A stretch of 64,000 nt of DNA from Camelus ferus. Lineage: Eukaryota. The stretch lies in contig NC_045724.1 of NCBI RefSeq assembly GCF_009834535.1, forward strand, positions 20,770,001 through 20,834,000, read 5' to 3'. The position numbers were made by a program, and so were the translations under genes. The notes beneath the pieces are model-generated. The model made no database searches and was not told the DNA's origin. It saw only the letters and a program-made list of their open reading frames with translations. This document shows, in pieces, positions 36,683-50,102 of the stretch; within the stretch, counting starts at the first letter, position 1, and the number at the start of each line of letters is the position of its first letter.

Positions 36683-36799
36683 TTACCAATAAATCTATAG
36701 ATTTATACAGATAGATAGAATAAGTAGGAAGGTAGGTTAGTAGGCAGATGGATAAATGGGTGAGTGGATAGAGATTACATTTTAGATAAAGACACAGAC

Positions 36800-38010
36800 A
36801 CAGTTATGTATTATTTTTTTCTCAATTCTTAGAGAATGAGCTGCATTTATTAGGGCCCATTATCTCTATATACTTCAGCATCTAATTCTTAAGGATTGAG
36901 TATTTTCTAACCTACACTATGGTTATCAACCTCAGTAAAATTAATATTGAAAGGGTATTTTTTTCTAACTTGCTGTCTGTACTCCAGTTTTGTCAACTGA
37001 ACCAATAATGTCCTCCACAGCATTTTTTTCCCTCCAGTGCAAGATCCAGTCTGAAGTTAGGTAATGCATTTAATTATTACGTCTCTGTTGCTTAGTTTAA
37101 TCTAAAGCATTCTAGTAACTTCCTTTGTCTTTTATGATGTTGATAAGTTTGAAGAAGATAGGCCGTTTTTTTTACATTGGGATATTCTTCATTTGGGGGT
37201 TTGTCTGTTTCTTCATGATGAAATTCAGCTAATGAATTCTGAGCTGGGACAATACATAAGTGATATGGTGCCTTCTTCAAATTATTACTCCTGGACAAAC
37301 ACGATGTCCATCTGCCCTTCCTTGGTAATATTAATTTGGCTGAGGTTTGACTGGTTTCACCATTATATACTGCTACCATACAGTTACCATTCTATAGAAA
37401 CTAAATTGTATATAACTATGTAATACACGCATGTAATATTCAATATATAGCTACAATGTAGTTACTATTACAGTGGTACTGTTTTCCCCCTTACAGCTAT
37501 AAGCAACCTGCGGGGAGATACTTCAATAAGAAACAAATAGCTTGCTCCATCAAACTTCTCCTCTGGACCAGTCATTCTAAATTAATCCAGTCTTTAGCAA
37601 GGCAGCTGCAAAATGCAGATTTTCTAACCCCAGCACTTCCTCCAGGTTTACCAGTGGGCACCTGAGATTCTACTGTAAGCGACAGCCCTTTCTGTTCCCC
37701 CTTTTATTTTTGGCATAGACTAATGAATCCTTATTTTTCAATGGTTTATTATTGTGCTTAATCATTTTGGTGCTTGAGATTGTTTGAACATGGCCAGTAG
37801 GGGTCCTTGGAGCTGTTCCTGAGCCCTTATAATACGTCCCATCATTTTATTAATTGGGGTGGGGGTACCTTCTTACTTTGCAGAATAAGAAGATATCCAC
37901 AACTCATTTTGCACCTTCTGCACCTCAGTCCCTGAAATCAATCATTTCTTCCAGGAATCCTCAATCCTTTTCATAGGAAATCATATTAGAGACAAGATGC
38001 TAGTATGATG
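36800..38010 (-). mobile_element. Old L1 (L1MC/L1MD-like) 3' UTR fragments
   Basis: 'ttttgtcaactgaaccaataatgtcc...caagatccagtc...gcatttaattattacgtctct' and 'gaaatcaatcatttcttccaggaatcc'. A further piece lies at ~36000-36130. Confidence 0.55.
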
Positions 38011-38999
38011 TTTCCTTTTTAATCAATGATAAATCATTCCTTAATGCAGAACTTCTAAATTTTTTAGAGCTATCAGAAATCTTCCGCTAACTAGAGCATG
38101 AGCCCTTTCTTATGTATGTGGAATTCTAGCATTTTAGTGGGGTCTTGAAGGAGTTACAGGAGGATAAAGGAAAGAGAAGTACAGAGATAAGAAAGCAATA
38201 AAGAGCTTTCAAAATCCCCCCCGCCCTTAAAATGCTTGAGTGGGAAATCCTCAACCTTGAACACCAAGAAATTGGTTTTTAGAATTCAAGCTAAACATGT
38301 CATGAAGAAATTTCATCCCATCTGCTTTTGTTCTATAACTTGTGTTAGCATTTTCCAATGTTTGTTCAGTAGAAACTAGTCCTGTAAGTTCCTCTTTGAG
38401 AAAGGCACTGCAGTCAGCTTCAGGCAAATGATGCTTACAAAACCTCCCTACCTAGATTAACCACACATGTTAGAAGGCTCTGGTAAGTCCTGCATTACAG
38501 AGACCACTGGTTAACTTTAACCCAATATTGTCACATTTATTTGATTCCCCCAGTAACACCTGTTATCATCATTCAGAGCATTATTTGAAAATACTCATTT
38601 GTATATTAGAAGTGGCTATTAAGCTGCCTTTGAGGTCTGTCCTCTTCCGTCTTTTTCTCCTCCATAGCCCTCTGAGCATTCTTCTATGAAAGCTCTTAGT
38701 AAATTGCTTTGCAACTAGCTATTTGCTTATCAAACAGCTCCATCTGACAGAAAGGTCCTAGAGGAGAGAAATTTGTTGTTTTCAATATTTGCCAGTTCTG
38801 CTACAGTACCTGGCACTTAACAGGCATTCAAAAAAATGTGTGTTAAATTGGAACAGTGACTTGCCTAAGAGATATCAGATTCGCTCAACATTTTCTCTCA
38901 GTTCAGAAGTTTCTTTTCCTTCTCCTCTATCCCCATTCAGTGAATTATTATTAATTTTACCTTGGAAACTTAACAATTAATCTCCTGTATCATTAAAGA

Positions 39000-40050
39000 A
39001 TAGATGCCCAGTTGAGATACAAAGCAAAAGTATAGCCAGTGAGTGTGAGAGTTCATTGGTGGGTGAAATGTGAAATGGATTTTAGGGCAGAGAAGGTGTG
39101 GCCTCCACCTCACGTCTAGCCTGTGATGATATTGAATCCAGTGGGCAGAGCTATCTGTCCATCACTCCATGGTCCTGTCACTAAGACAAATGAGATTCCT
39201 CCTCTCACAGAGCTATATTCTAGTGGTTGAAGCCAATGAAAAAGAAGTGAGCAAATAAATGAAGAAGAAAATTGCCAGAGCACTAAGCACTTTGAAGACA
39301 AGAAAACAACATAACAAGATAGAGGAATAAAGCAAGCAGACCTAAAACTTTGAGGATGAGGAGCCTGAGAATCTGAGAAGGAGGGACCAGCAGGTGCAAA
39401 GGTCTTGGGGCCGAAAGCAACTTGGAAGGCTGTGCACCAGAAACGGCCCAGGTGACAACCGAAGCATAGGCATCGCATGACATTCTGTTGCTGCAGCGTG
39501 AGACTATTCTTGGCAGCATCCTGGGAAGGAGTGGGAAGCGGGAGTAAATGATAGAGAAAGGTCTGAGAGCTGTGAACAGCAATAAAAAAGGAGGCAATGT
39601 TTTAAAGTTAAGTGATTGATGATAATGTACAGAATCTAAGTCAGCACCACGGTGGGAAAACAGCGCCTCTGCCTTCGCTGCTTCTCCCTCCGGTCCCCTT
39701 GCTTCCGCTCCCTTGAATTCTCACTTCATTTCTGTCTCTTCTGCTACCGTCTTCCCTTCTGTGTTTGCCTCCCCAGCCCATCAGCTGATCAGAGCTCTCT
39801 CGTCTGTTCAACCTTCCTTCTCCCTCTCGTCCCTTCACCTTTCTCACGTTCCCTGCGGGTCATAGCTGCCCCTGCAGCTAGCCTTTCTCATTCATATTCA
39901 TTTATTTGACAAACCTTCCCCACATTACTACTTTAGCCAGTCACTCTTCAGAGTACCTGAGAAAAATACTAAGATGAATTCGTCAGTGCTCCCTGCCCTC
40001 AAGGAACTTGTGGGCTTCTCCGGGAGAGAGAGGAACACATGCTTACAGTG
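39000..40050 (-). mobile_element. L2 LINE remnants
   Basis: Purine-rich reversed L2 text ('ccagcaggtgcaaaggtcttgggg', 'ttcatttatttgacaaac'). Confidence 0.5.
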
Positions 40051-40239
40051 CATTCTGTGCTGCATAAGCGTGTGGACACATAGGTGGCCCTCAGTGTCAC
40101 GCTCCTTCTCTTCTCTGCCTGAAACAATCGTAATACAGCCGGAGTCTGCTGGCACCCCTGCTTTTACCTCTCTGCGCTAAAATCCATTTCACATGCTGCC
40201 TTAAAATTAACCTCCCTCAAACGCTGCTCTTGCAAATTT

Positions 40240-41150
40240 TGGAGCAAGACAGAAATGGCTTGAAAATGTGCCCCCCTCACCAAATCAAAACTAAATGCAA
40301 TGTGGGATCCTGGATGAGATCCTGGAACAGAAAAGGGGCAGCAGTGAAGAAATTCATGAAAATCAAAGGGGCCCACAGACTAAGTTACAATATGGTCCCA
40401 GTGTCAGTGTCCTAGGTGATCGTTGCTCTGTGGTAAAGTTAGATGTTATTTAGGAGAAATAAGATCTGCAGGAAGTCTGTACCATTTTTGGGCTTTTTCC
40501 TGTAAGTCTAATATTCATATAAAATATTAGTTAAATATTAGTTAATATTAGTGAGCTAATATGGGTTAATATTTGTTTTATTTTTTTAAAAAAAGAAAGA
40601 ATACCCATCACTGAAAATGTTCAAGAACAGGAAAACAAAATAAAATATATCTAGCAGTATTGTTCTTGATAACAAAAAAACAGAAAACCACCCAAATGTC
40701 AAACAGCAAAATGTCAACCAAAAAAAATTCATACAGTCGAATTCAGCATGGCAATGAAAACAAGTGGCGTGCGGGTTTACCCCTTAACACAGAGGGATCT
40801 CGTCCACACACATTGAGCAAAAGAAGCCACCACGGTGGAGAACATGTGGTGTGAGTCCATTTGTCTAAAGTCCGAGAGCAGGCAAGTAAAATCCTAAGTG
40901 AAAAACCGCTTAGAGAGACATGTGGGTGGTGCGTGTATAAAGCAAGCTATGGGATGACAGTCACAGAAGTCAGGGTGGGCTACCAGGGTGCAGAAGGATG
41001 GAAACATGCTCAGAGAGGAGCCATGCCCACCCCTGGTGGGGCTAACATGTGCATTGTGTCATTATAATTCTTACGTTGTACCTATGTCCTTTGTCATCCT
41101 TCTGAATGACTATTGTGCCTAACAGTTTTGAGTATATACAAGAAATATGT
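40240..41150 (+). mobile_element. Old L1 3' fragments (L1MC/MD and L1ME-like)
   Basis: 'aaatgcaatgtgggatcctggatgagatcctggaacagaaaagg' and 'gtgagtccatttgtctaaagtccgagagcaggcaag'. Confidence 0.6.
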
Positions 41151-41404
41151 CTTTCTCACTGCCCCTTTGATAAATTATCCTGGTGGAGATGTTCTGATCT
41201 AAAGATTAGAACACTCACTAGCTGGTGTGCGGGCAGATACGTGGGAAGGTCAGAAGGGCGAGTCAGGTGTTGGTGAAGCAGGCACTGGTCAAGCAGGGGA
41301 TGTCCGAGAGCAAGAGAACAACGGTCTTGAGTGGCCTGACCGAACACGGCCCCTTCAGGGTTAACAAGGCCCCAAAGCATCAACTACATAAACTGGAAAA
41401 TGTG

Positions 41405-41673
41405 GCTGTTTTAATACAAGCCACGGATGTAAGTTGACATTTCCTGGTAGCCATTTTTAAAGAGTGAAAAAAAGAAATGAATTCTAATGAAATGTCTTAA
41501 ATATCATTTCAACATGTAATTGATATAAATATTATGAATGGGCCATTTTATCTTTTTAATACTAAATCTCTGAAATTCAGTGTGTGTTTTACACTTGGAG
41601 CATGGGTCAATTTTGATGAGCCACATTTCAAGAGCCACGTGTGGTTAGTGGCTATTCAGTTGGACAGTGTAGC
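41405..41673 (+). mobile_element. MER33 (hAT-Charlie MITE)
   Basis: 'atcatttcaacatgtaattgatataaa...gtgtgttttacactt...gagccacatttcaag...agccacgtgtggttagtggcta...ttggacagtgtag' follows the MER33 consensus. Confidence 0.75.
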
Positions 41674-42863
41674 ACTAGGGAGCCACCAAAAAATTCAGGG
41701 AGGTGGATGGAGGCTTCAGAGAAATCTCTGAGCATCTGTGGTGGCAGCCATGCGGCTCTTTAAAATCCTCTCTATCCTCTTACCCCCAACCCCACCTCAG
41801 CATGTTACCAGCATGGCTCTTGTCTTTTGCCAGCCTGCTCCCTCTGCCCTCCCCCTCACTACCATGCCCCCATCATGACTGCCATGACGTAGTGGTCTCT
41901 CCTGGGTCAAAGGAAAGATGTTACACTACTTTTCTCAAGTTATTAGCGTAGAAACCAGGGCTCCTGAGAAGGCACTAAGATTGACCTTGGAGGTGAGAAG
42001 GATGCCAGAAGACCTTCCTGAACGGGCTTAGGGTGCCAAAAAATGCAAATTAGAAGAAGAGAATCATAGGTCCTCTTTTAACTGCTATAAGCACAAACAG
42101 CACTTAGCCGACAGTAAAACTTCTTCCTTGGTGATTTGGATATAAAGAAAGAAAACAGATTTTCCTTGTTGTTTTTGTTATTGCAATCTATCTGTCAGCT
42201 AAAGGATCACAGCAGAATAACCAAAACATAACCATTTTTATTATATTAAAAGGTAACTTTTTTAAAAGCAAAGTAGCTTGCTAATTTAAAAACATAACTT
42301 CAAATCATGTGTGATTTTTTTTTAATGAGATATTTTTGCCTCTGATCATTTGGAATATTTACCAGCATTCTTGGTGAAATCTAGTACAATTCAAGCAATG
42401 TTAATGCCCAAATAGTCAAGGTCCATGTAGCACTTCCCAACCCAGACGCCACATGATGAGCTGAGTTCCTTAAGGTAATGTTCCCTCGGTTCCAAGCCCC
42501 CTGGTCTTTGATCTCTACTTTTAGGTACAAATCTGATGCACGGGAAAGTTAGAAATACGTAGCTTTGTTCTGAGCCAGGACTCCTGTGAATGTATCTCAG
42601 GTTGGTTCACGGAGCTCAGCACTCGCCCTGCAACATGAGTGATGCCCTTGTCTTGACTGTGTTTCCTGTAAACAGTAGTTGACCACAGACCTTCACAGAA
42701 AGTATCAGCCCCAGCGACGTTTTCCAGGACTAAGAATTTAGATCTACCTAAACATCTTCTTGAAGTTTCATAAAACGCTCATAAAAGTATAGTTATGTAT
42801 GGTAACAAGCACTCTAGCTTTGGCTAGCCTGTTGGAAAAATTCTTCTTTGCATTCTTATTTTC

Positions 42864-43110
42864 TTTCTTGTTTTAATTTTGTTTTTCATTGGAGTGTAGA
42901 TGATTTACAATGTTAGTTTCAGGTGTACAGCAAAGTAATTCAGATATACATATACATATATATTTTTTCAGATTTTTTTTCCATTATATATTATTACAAG
43001 AAATTGAATATAGCTCCCTGTGCTCTACAGTAGGAGTCCTTGTTGTTTACCTACTTTATGTGTAATAGTGTGTATTTGCTAATCCCAAGCTCCTAATTCA
43101 TCCCTCCCCT
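42864..43110 (-). mobile_element. LINE-1 3' end with TSD
   Basis: Reversed young L1 3' UTR ('ggagtgtagatgatttacaatgttagtttcaggtgtacagcaaag...gctaatcccaagctcctaattcatccctcccc') flanked by cttattttc repeats (~42855-42863 and ~43118-43126). Confidence 0.85.
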
Positions 43111-45860
43111 GTATATCCTTATTTTCAATCACGCTCCTCCTCTTGAACACCTTTGGTAAAACTTCCTGAACATGAATTAGCATGAACTTGAACTTGAAAT
43201 AATCCTGAAAAACAGGCACTGCTTTTTTTGTAAAGAAGTACTTAAAAAGTGCATTGGTTACAGGACAACACGAAGCAAGAACTATGGCCTAGTCCTCAGT
43301 CTCAATTACTTAAGCCTTACAGGACGGGTGCTTCCAGTGATTTCTCAGAAATGATCCATGGCCATGATTTCAAGTGAAGTCACCAGCGTGTCCTCAAAAC
43401 ACTAATCTGCACTGGTGAAAACTGTCTGTGAAAAGGCCACCACCCAGTACAAGGTAACCATAAGGAGACATTATTATTATTTTGCTAATTAGTCAAAAAT
43501 CATTGGCTTTTCTGTGGCTTCTTCCTGCTGAGCAATCATTTGATCTTGCTTATGTTGACAAACATACACGTCACCAATCCTGCCTCATTTGTCATTTGAC
43601 AGGGACGATGTTTGCTTCCTCGTGTGTGAAAAAAAGGAAAACTGAGTGTAAGCAAACAGGCAGCAGGAACCAGGGGATAACTCAAACTCCTTTTCTCGTT
43701 TGTAAATAAATAAATAAACACATAAATACATAAGTTTTAAGCTGGTGCAATTTCTTACTCTCTAACAAACCAGCTTTTGCGTGCTCTGGCAAGGGCTAAT
43801 ATAGATTTCATACCCCTTAAGAATAAACCAGATCAGAAAGTGAGGAAAAGTGGTGTATTTAATATTGCATTTAATACTGGTGTTAAATACACCAATATCC
43901 AATGTCAATATCCAACTGGGAGCAATTGATACCTCAACAAAAGACTGAAAAATCTTATGGAAGAGCCAAAGACATGGAATAGTCTTTCTTCTGTTTGAAT
44001 TAATAATACCAAACATTCATTTAGCTAGAAAAAAAGATAAAAAGGACCTTCTCTTTGCCTCTACTTGGTTAAAATATAAGAAAAATGTTACATTCTGTGT
44101 AAGACAGACTTTCAAATTCAGTGTGATCATCATTTGAAATTCCAATCAGGCTGCTTAGATTCTGTTGCTAAAAACATAAAAGAATTAAATCAGTAACTAA
44201 AAGAAAGTGTCTAATAATTGCTTTGGGAAAAATATATTTGGGTCTACAGAAGAATGCGTCAGAGAGAGCTTAGCAAAATTTCTTGGTTTGGGCAGCCCTG
44301 ACCAGTTAATAGGATCAAATGCTTGGTGGACTGACTGATCATTTATGCAGAAATCACCATTATGATAAGAAAAAAGAAGTGGATCCAAGGGTTTCAAGTA
44401 AGAGGGTGTCTGGATGTGGCCAAGGGGGCAGAACAGGACAAGAATGGGGAGGGGGCAGCCTTACATCCCGGGTTAGATACAGTGGGAAGATGAGCCGACT
44501 TTTAAAGCAAAGAGCCGTTTGGGGAGCCTGTGCTCCCAGCGTCTCGGGTCTGTGTTGTCTATAATCTCAGGTGGATGAAAAATTGCTTTCTTCCTCTGCA
44601 AAACCAAAGAACCACTTCACCCCAATACCACAACTCAGCTTCAGACAGACCCCAAAATTCTTAAAAATGCCAGTGCCGTGGCTCCAATGTGAACGCTGAA
44701 AAAAAAAATTTTAGATGAAAGATTAAGCAGCTGCTGAGATGTGAGAAACACAAGTCAAGGAAAATTCCCTGTGTGTTCTCATGTTTTTTCAGTGACATAG
44801 ATGTGATAATCTATTGAAGCGTCTGGTACTTTTTATTGGCCGTTAAAACTCCTCTTACGTAAATTCTCTTTAATGTTTGCTAAATTTTGCTCATGGTTTT
44901 CCTTTGTGAATGGAATTGGTATTAGGGAAACGGTACCAAACTGCATTTTAAAACCCTTTTCCTCTTGCTGAGAGTTAATATGCTGCAGCTTAACTTCTGC
45001 TTTAGTTAAGAGGCATTCAGAATTCGGTAGTTTAAGCACTTTCTTGAGTAACATCCCAACAAATATTAGATTTTTCATCATTAAAAAATTTAAAAATTAT
45101 TTTTAAAAGTCATTTAAAAATAGTACACAGACAATATGCTTGGTAATTTTCAAGAGGTTAAATATGCTACTGCCCTTTTATATGGGAAATTTTTTTTCAA
45201 TTTTTATTTTATTTCATTTTATTATTTATTTATTATACAGAAACTTTTAAAGGTGAGACCATTTTCTCATTTATGTGGTGTGTGGTATCAAGAAGGCCTG
45301 GATGCCATGTTTTAAGTTAAAGAACAGTTATTAGCTAAAAAGAAAAAAAAAGGTTAAATTATGGTGCTATTCAAACTTTATTTAAAGTGCCTTTCTAAGC
45401 CATTTTAATAAACAGAAGCAAATTTACCATGATGAAAGATTAAGCAAAAACAAAACCCCAAAATCTTCCCTTTATTCACAATTACATCTCCAGAAGACAT
45501 GAGGCATATGTTGTTTAGGTCCCTTTAAGTGCTGTCTTAAATGCTTTCGATTTTTATTAAATGACAAAGTTTGGCTTGACCCACAATTCGTGTATATATT
45601 TATTTCCACCTAAACATTTTGCAAGATGAGCAAAGTGCCAGGGCACTTATATATCTAGCTGACTGTCCAGGACACTTTGGGGTTTTTTCCTTCTTTTTAA
45701 CCCAGGCTTCTAGAGATAAAATTAACTCCTTAAGAATAAAATGCTTTCTTCAGACTGTTGGACAACTTCACAAAGAGAACATTGGAATTTCATTCACTAT
45801 TTGCAAATAAAATATTATAATAAAGTGCTTGCTCTCGTCCTAAATGGAAGCATGATATTA

Positions 45861-45992
45861 NNNNNNNNNNNNNNNNNNNNNNNNNNNNNNNNNNNNNNNN
45901 NNNNNNNNNNNNNNNNNNNNNNNNNNNNNNNNNNNNNNNNNNNNNNNNNNNNNNNNNNNNNNNNNNNNNNNNNNNNNNNNNNNNNNNNNNNN
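45861..45992. other. Assembly gap (132 N)
   Basis: Run of N. Confidence 0.99.
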
Positions 45993-46312
45993 GGGAGGGA
46001 GGCTAAAACACTATGGAATCTTAAGAGCTTATCTCCATTGCCCACGAGGAGAATACAGAGAACAGTAACCCCCCTCTCTTTTCTTCTCCTGGACAATGAT
46101 TTTGAAATGTTGAAAAACACCTTTAAGGACTAGAGTTTGCCAGCAAAGATGGCTAAAAGGTACCTGGAAGAAGAAACCAAACAATGTGCTTTATTAACTT
46201 GAATTATTAACAATTCACTGCCTAAATTTCTTTCCCACCTATAATTACAAGGGTTCTATTTTGATTTTTATTATCACTGTTGTATGAGTCTCCAGGTATG
46301 ATGAGAAAGGGG

Positions 46313-46362
46313 ACACACACACTCACACACACACACAAACATACACACACACACACACACAC
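46313..46362. repeat. Interrupted (CA)n microsatellite
   Basis: AC run with CT, AA and AT interruptions. Confidence 0.9.
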
Positions 46363-47077
46363 TTCTGACCTCTGCCTTTGGTTTGTTATCTGTTATCAAC
46401 ACAGCATCTCACGTTTGCCCATTTGAATGGCATCTTTGTTCCAGACCCATGAGATTATTCCACAAACTGTACTGATTAAGTCCTATCACCATAGCTCTTT
46501 TCTTAAGAATTAGCCCATTTTCCAGATTCAAACATAAAATCACAGGGGAAAAATAAATGAATATTCCAAACAAGAACTAAAAATGATTTGAAAAAATTTA
46601 ACTCCTTATTTGTTATTTTTTCTCAAGTTTTTAGACCATTTCTGATCTCTTTCAAGAGTGCTGAAAAATCTATATACACGCAATGGAGCCGTTAATCCGA
46701 GTACACGAACATGGAATCTGCTCTGTAAGAAAAAAATAGAAATATCATGCCATGTTCATTTATAGTAATAATTTCATGCTTTGTCAGCATGTCATCTGCT
46801 ATTAAACCTGTGGACAAATATCCAGATTAATTTGTTCACCGATAGGGCAGGACTACATTACCATACAAAGCTCTTCTTTTCTTTCTTTGTATCCCAAAGC
46901 CTATAAAATAAAGCAAAAAAACAAAACAAAAAAACAAAAACAAAAACAAAAGAAATAGACATGATATGTTTAGGCAATATACCATCTATGGATTTAAAGA
47001 GGCAGAGTTTTTCACAGGAAGGTAACCAATGTTTTCCTAGAAAAACTGATTCAAAGAAAACCCTGCTCAATTTTCAG

Positions 47078-47332
47078 TCGACAACGGTACCGTTACAGGG
47101 AGGCAGAATTGAATACGTCTCCCGCGCTGCAGCCCGGGATGTATTTTTAGGGTTAAGTGGGCAGCAGCGCGCCTCCTGCAACCCCTGCATCCTGGAAAGC
47201 AGTTTGCTGCAAGGCCTGGACTGGCTCTTCTTCCAGAGGCTTGGTCCCTGCCACTGCTTCGCCCTGCCTCCCTGCGTCCAACATTAAAATCACACACAGT
47301 CAAGAAGAAAGCCCTCTGCTTCAGCAGTCACT
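47078..47332 (+). ncRNA. Candidate plus-strand exon (255 nt), locally CpG-enriched
   Basis: Acceptor 'ccctgctcaattttcag|TC' and donor 'ACT|gtgagt'. I saw no frame open across the whole exon. Confidence 0.3.
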
Positions 47333-48668
47333 GTGAGTGATGGCAACACACCAGGACGATGGCGAACGTGCCGGAGAAAGAGTGTTCCCTGCAACCACCC
47401 GCAATTATCAGAGGAACCTCTGAACCCTGCCCTCCGTCCCAGGCCCTGGGAGGGAGCTGCGGTGGGGAACAGAGGCGTCCTCAGGAAACCATTTCATCTT
47501 CAGATTTCTATACCATGCGTTTTTGCCTCTTTTTCAGGAGGACTAGAAAAACACCACCTCACATCTGTGCCCAGTGAATGTCACAAATCTGTTCTCAGAC
47601 TAAAGAATATCCTTGTCAAAAGAGGATGCTAAAATCCCCAAGCAGACAGTTAATATTTTTGTTTCATTTTAATTAAATGCCTAAAACCCTAAAGGCATCC
47701 ACCATATTCATTCTGAGTTATTTATCTAGATAAACTGTATTAGTGTAGGTGAGAGATGATCATTTTATCACATTTTATAAATTACACGTAGCCACGTGCC
47801 TGCGTACCACCGTCTCCGATTCCAGGAGGTACTGTATTTGTTAAAAAAAAAAAAAAAAAAACAAAAACAAAGACATCATTTTGTATTTTTACACAAGAGT
47901 TTTCAAAAACTATGCACTAACACATTTTATTTACAATGTAGGTTAGAGACATCATTCTGCTGGCTAGAGGTATAGCTGGGTAACAGTGCTATCCCTAACT
48001 CACCTGAGTAGGCTTAAAATTGCAAAAAGATGGACTTATGCTTAAAGCTCTTGATAAGGAACGAAATATATTTTCACAGCCTGCACACATTCCTCAGGGC
48101 AGATCCTGCCATGGCCACCTCTGTAAGCAATGCGGTGGGTGTTTGCATATCTGCATAAGATGCTGCGGTGCTGCGGAGGGCTTGAATCCTTTCCAGAACG
48201 AGGGAGCATTCATGATTGGTCCAATTGATCACTGCAGTCGCTTGATATTACATAAAAGGCTTGTGTTGAAGCATATGGATTGGATAATAATCAGAGTTGT
48301 TCTGACATGGTCTATTTAATAATTCAAAAAGGAAAATTTGAAAATGATTCTGCACAAAGCTGCAGCAACCCAGTTGACACTTTATTTATATCAAATGCTC
48401 TTTGTGTAGTTTGTGAGCTGTGCAGATCGTCTGTTCAATGGAGCTCTTTTTCTGAAGCATCAATATTCCAAATCACCCTCAGCAAACAATCAGACACATC
48501 ACCTGTCACTATGGAAGGGTTAAAATGTTCAGCTTCTCCCATATGCTGATGTAGCAGAAACCAACCCGGAGGAAAATCACCATTTATGAATATGTCCAAA
48601 ATGCAGCACAGGACAGGGTTATAGGCTTTGTGGACGTGGTTAGTCCACCTGGGGGGGGAAATACTTAC

Positions 48669-48824
48669 TGGTAACATTTGATGTGGTCAGAATGTTTCTA
48701 TCTAATGTATCCTTTGTATCATTTGAAAAATTCAGCCAGGGTGGGGCTAAGGGGTGCAGGATGCAGCTGGATGAATGATGCTGACCTCTTCTCAGGTGAC
48801 CACGGAGTCGGGCTGTTTCAATAG
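48669..48824 (-). other. Candidate minus-strand exon (156 nt, one open frame)
   Basis: Acceptor 'ctcttacttcccag|CT' and consensus donor 'CCA|gtaagt'. The length is divisible by 3 and the phase-1 frame is open. Confidence 0.3.
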
Positions 48825-49989
48825 CTGGGAAGTAAGAGCCAGATGTTCATGGTGCCACGAAGGCTCTGAGCGCTATGGGGGAGGGGCAGGAGGCTTTCCA
48901 CACTCCCAGCCTGTGCCCCGCCCCATACTGAAGACCCCCACTGGCAGGTGCCCTGGTTGGTCACCTTTTTGGCCCCCATAGTACAATTGCCCTCTCTCCT
49001 TCTATGAGCCACACTTCCCACACCTGCAACATGGAAACAGCACTACAGTATATCACCGGCTTCCTTTCTGACTCTTCTAACCAAAGAGATGATTCCGTGG
49101 CCCTGTGGAATTTTTTTAAATATGCTTTGGAAATACTAAATGGTAACCACTCACATTTTCAAAGGCAAAGCCAATCTGTTACTGAAGCAAGGGAAATAAC
49201 ATTCTTATCTTACCTTATACTCATATATATATATTTTTAGTCTCAAAAATTAATCACAGCATATGTTCAAGTTCACAATTCATAAGAGCTACCCTGGCCA
49301 ATGAGGTTTTGACACCCTAAACCAGGGCAGGTCACATGTTGCAATAACCACATACCATTTTAAATGCTCCATTTGCCTCCTAATGGTTTTACTCACGAAA
49401 AAAAAATCATCTGAAAGATTTTAATTTTGGAAAAAAGCCACAATCTTTTGTATGTCTTCTACCCTTTTGAACTCATTTAAATAGACAACCGCCTGTAATT
49501 CTTAGCAGCCACATCGGGATGTACTCATCAGGCACCTGGCTGTCAAAGGTACATGTTTTTCAACGTAGAAAATAATATTAAGAACATTTTCTCTTTCCTG
49601 TCCATGCATCTAAGAAAGACAGATGATGGTCAACATGCAAGGGATTCTAACCTGAAAATAAAACCAATTAGCTTGTACAAAGAGATGCTAAAGTAAGATC
49701 ATGCACACTCCAAAAAAGCCCATCTTTCTTGGCCTAAATGTTTTTCATTCCAATCTCCAAACTGCTTATACCCCATCACTAGTGTTACTGGCTACAGTCA
49801 GCGTCTGAGATGAGGCAGTCTGATGCGGAGCACCAGTTAACATTGCCTTGGAGTTATCCTCATTGGAAATAATGAATAAACACACCTGGTTTCCATGTCG
49901 CATGAGCAGCTCCCAAGTATCCTGGAGGGTTCCCGGGGAGAGGAGCTGAGACCTATGCTTCTGAATAAAAACAACCACTTTGTTTTTTT

Positions 49990-50102
49990 CAATCCAGCAA
50001 TCCCATTCCTGGACATATATCCAGAGGAAGCTTTCTGAATTCAGAAAGATACATGCCCCCCCTCAATGTTCAGAGCAGCCCTACTTACAATGGCCAAGCC
50101 AC
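49990..50102 (+). mobile_element. Short internal LINE-1 ORF2 fragment without 3' UTR or poly(A)
   Basis: 'atccagcaatcccattcctggacatatatccagagga...tcagaaagatacatgccccccctcaatgttcagagcagccctacttacaatggccaag' corresponds to ORF2 PAIPLLGIYP...KDTCTPMFIAALFTIAK. Confidence 0.85.
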
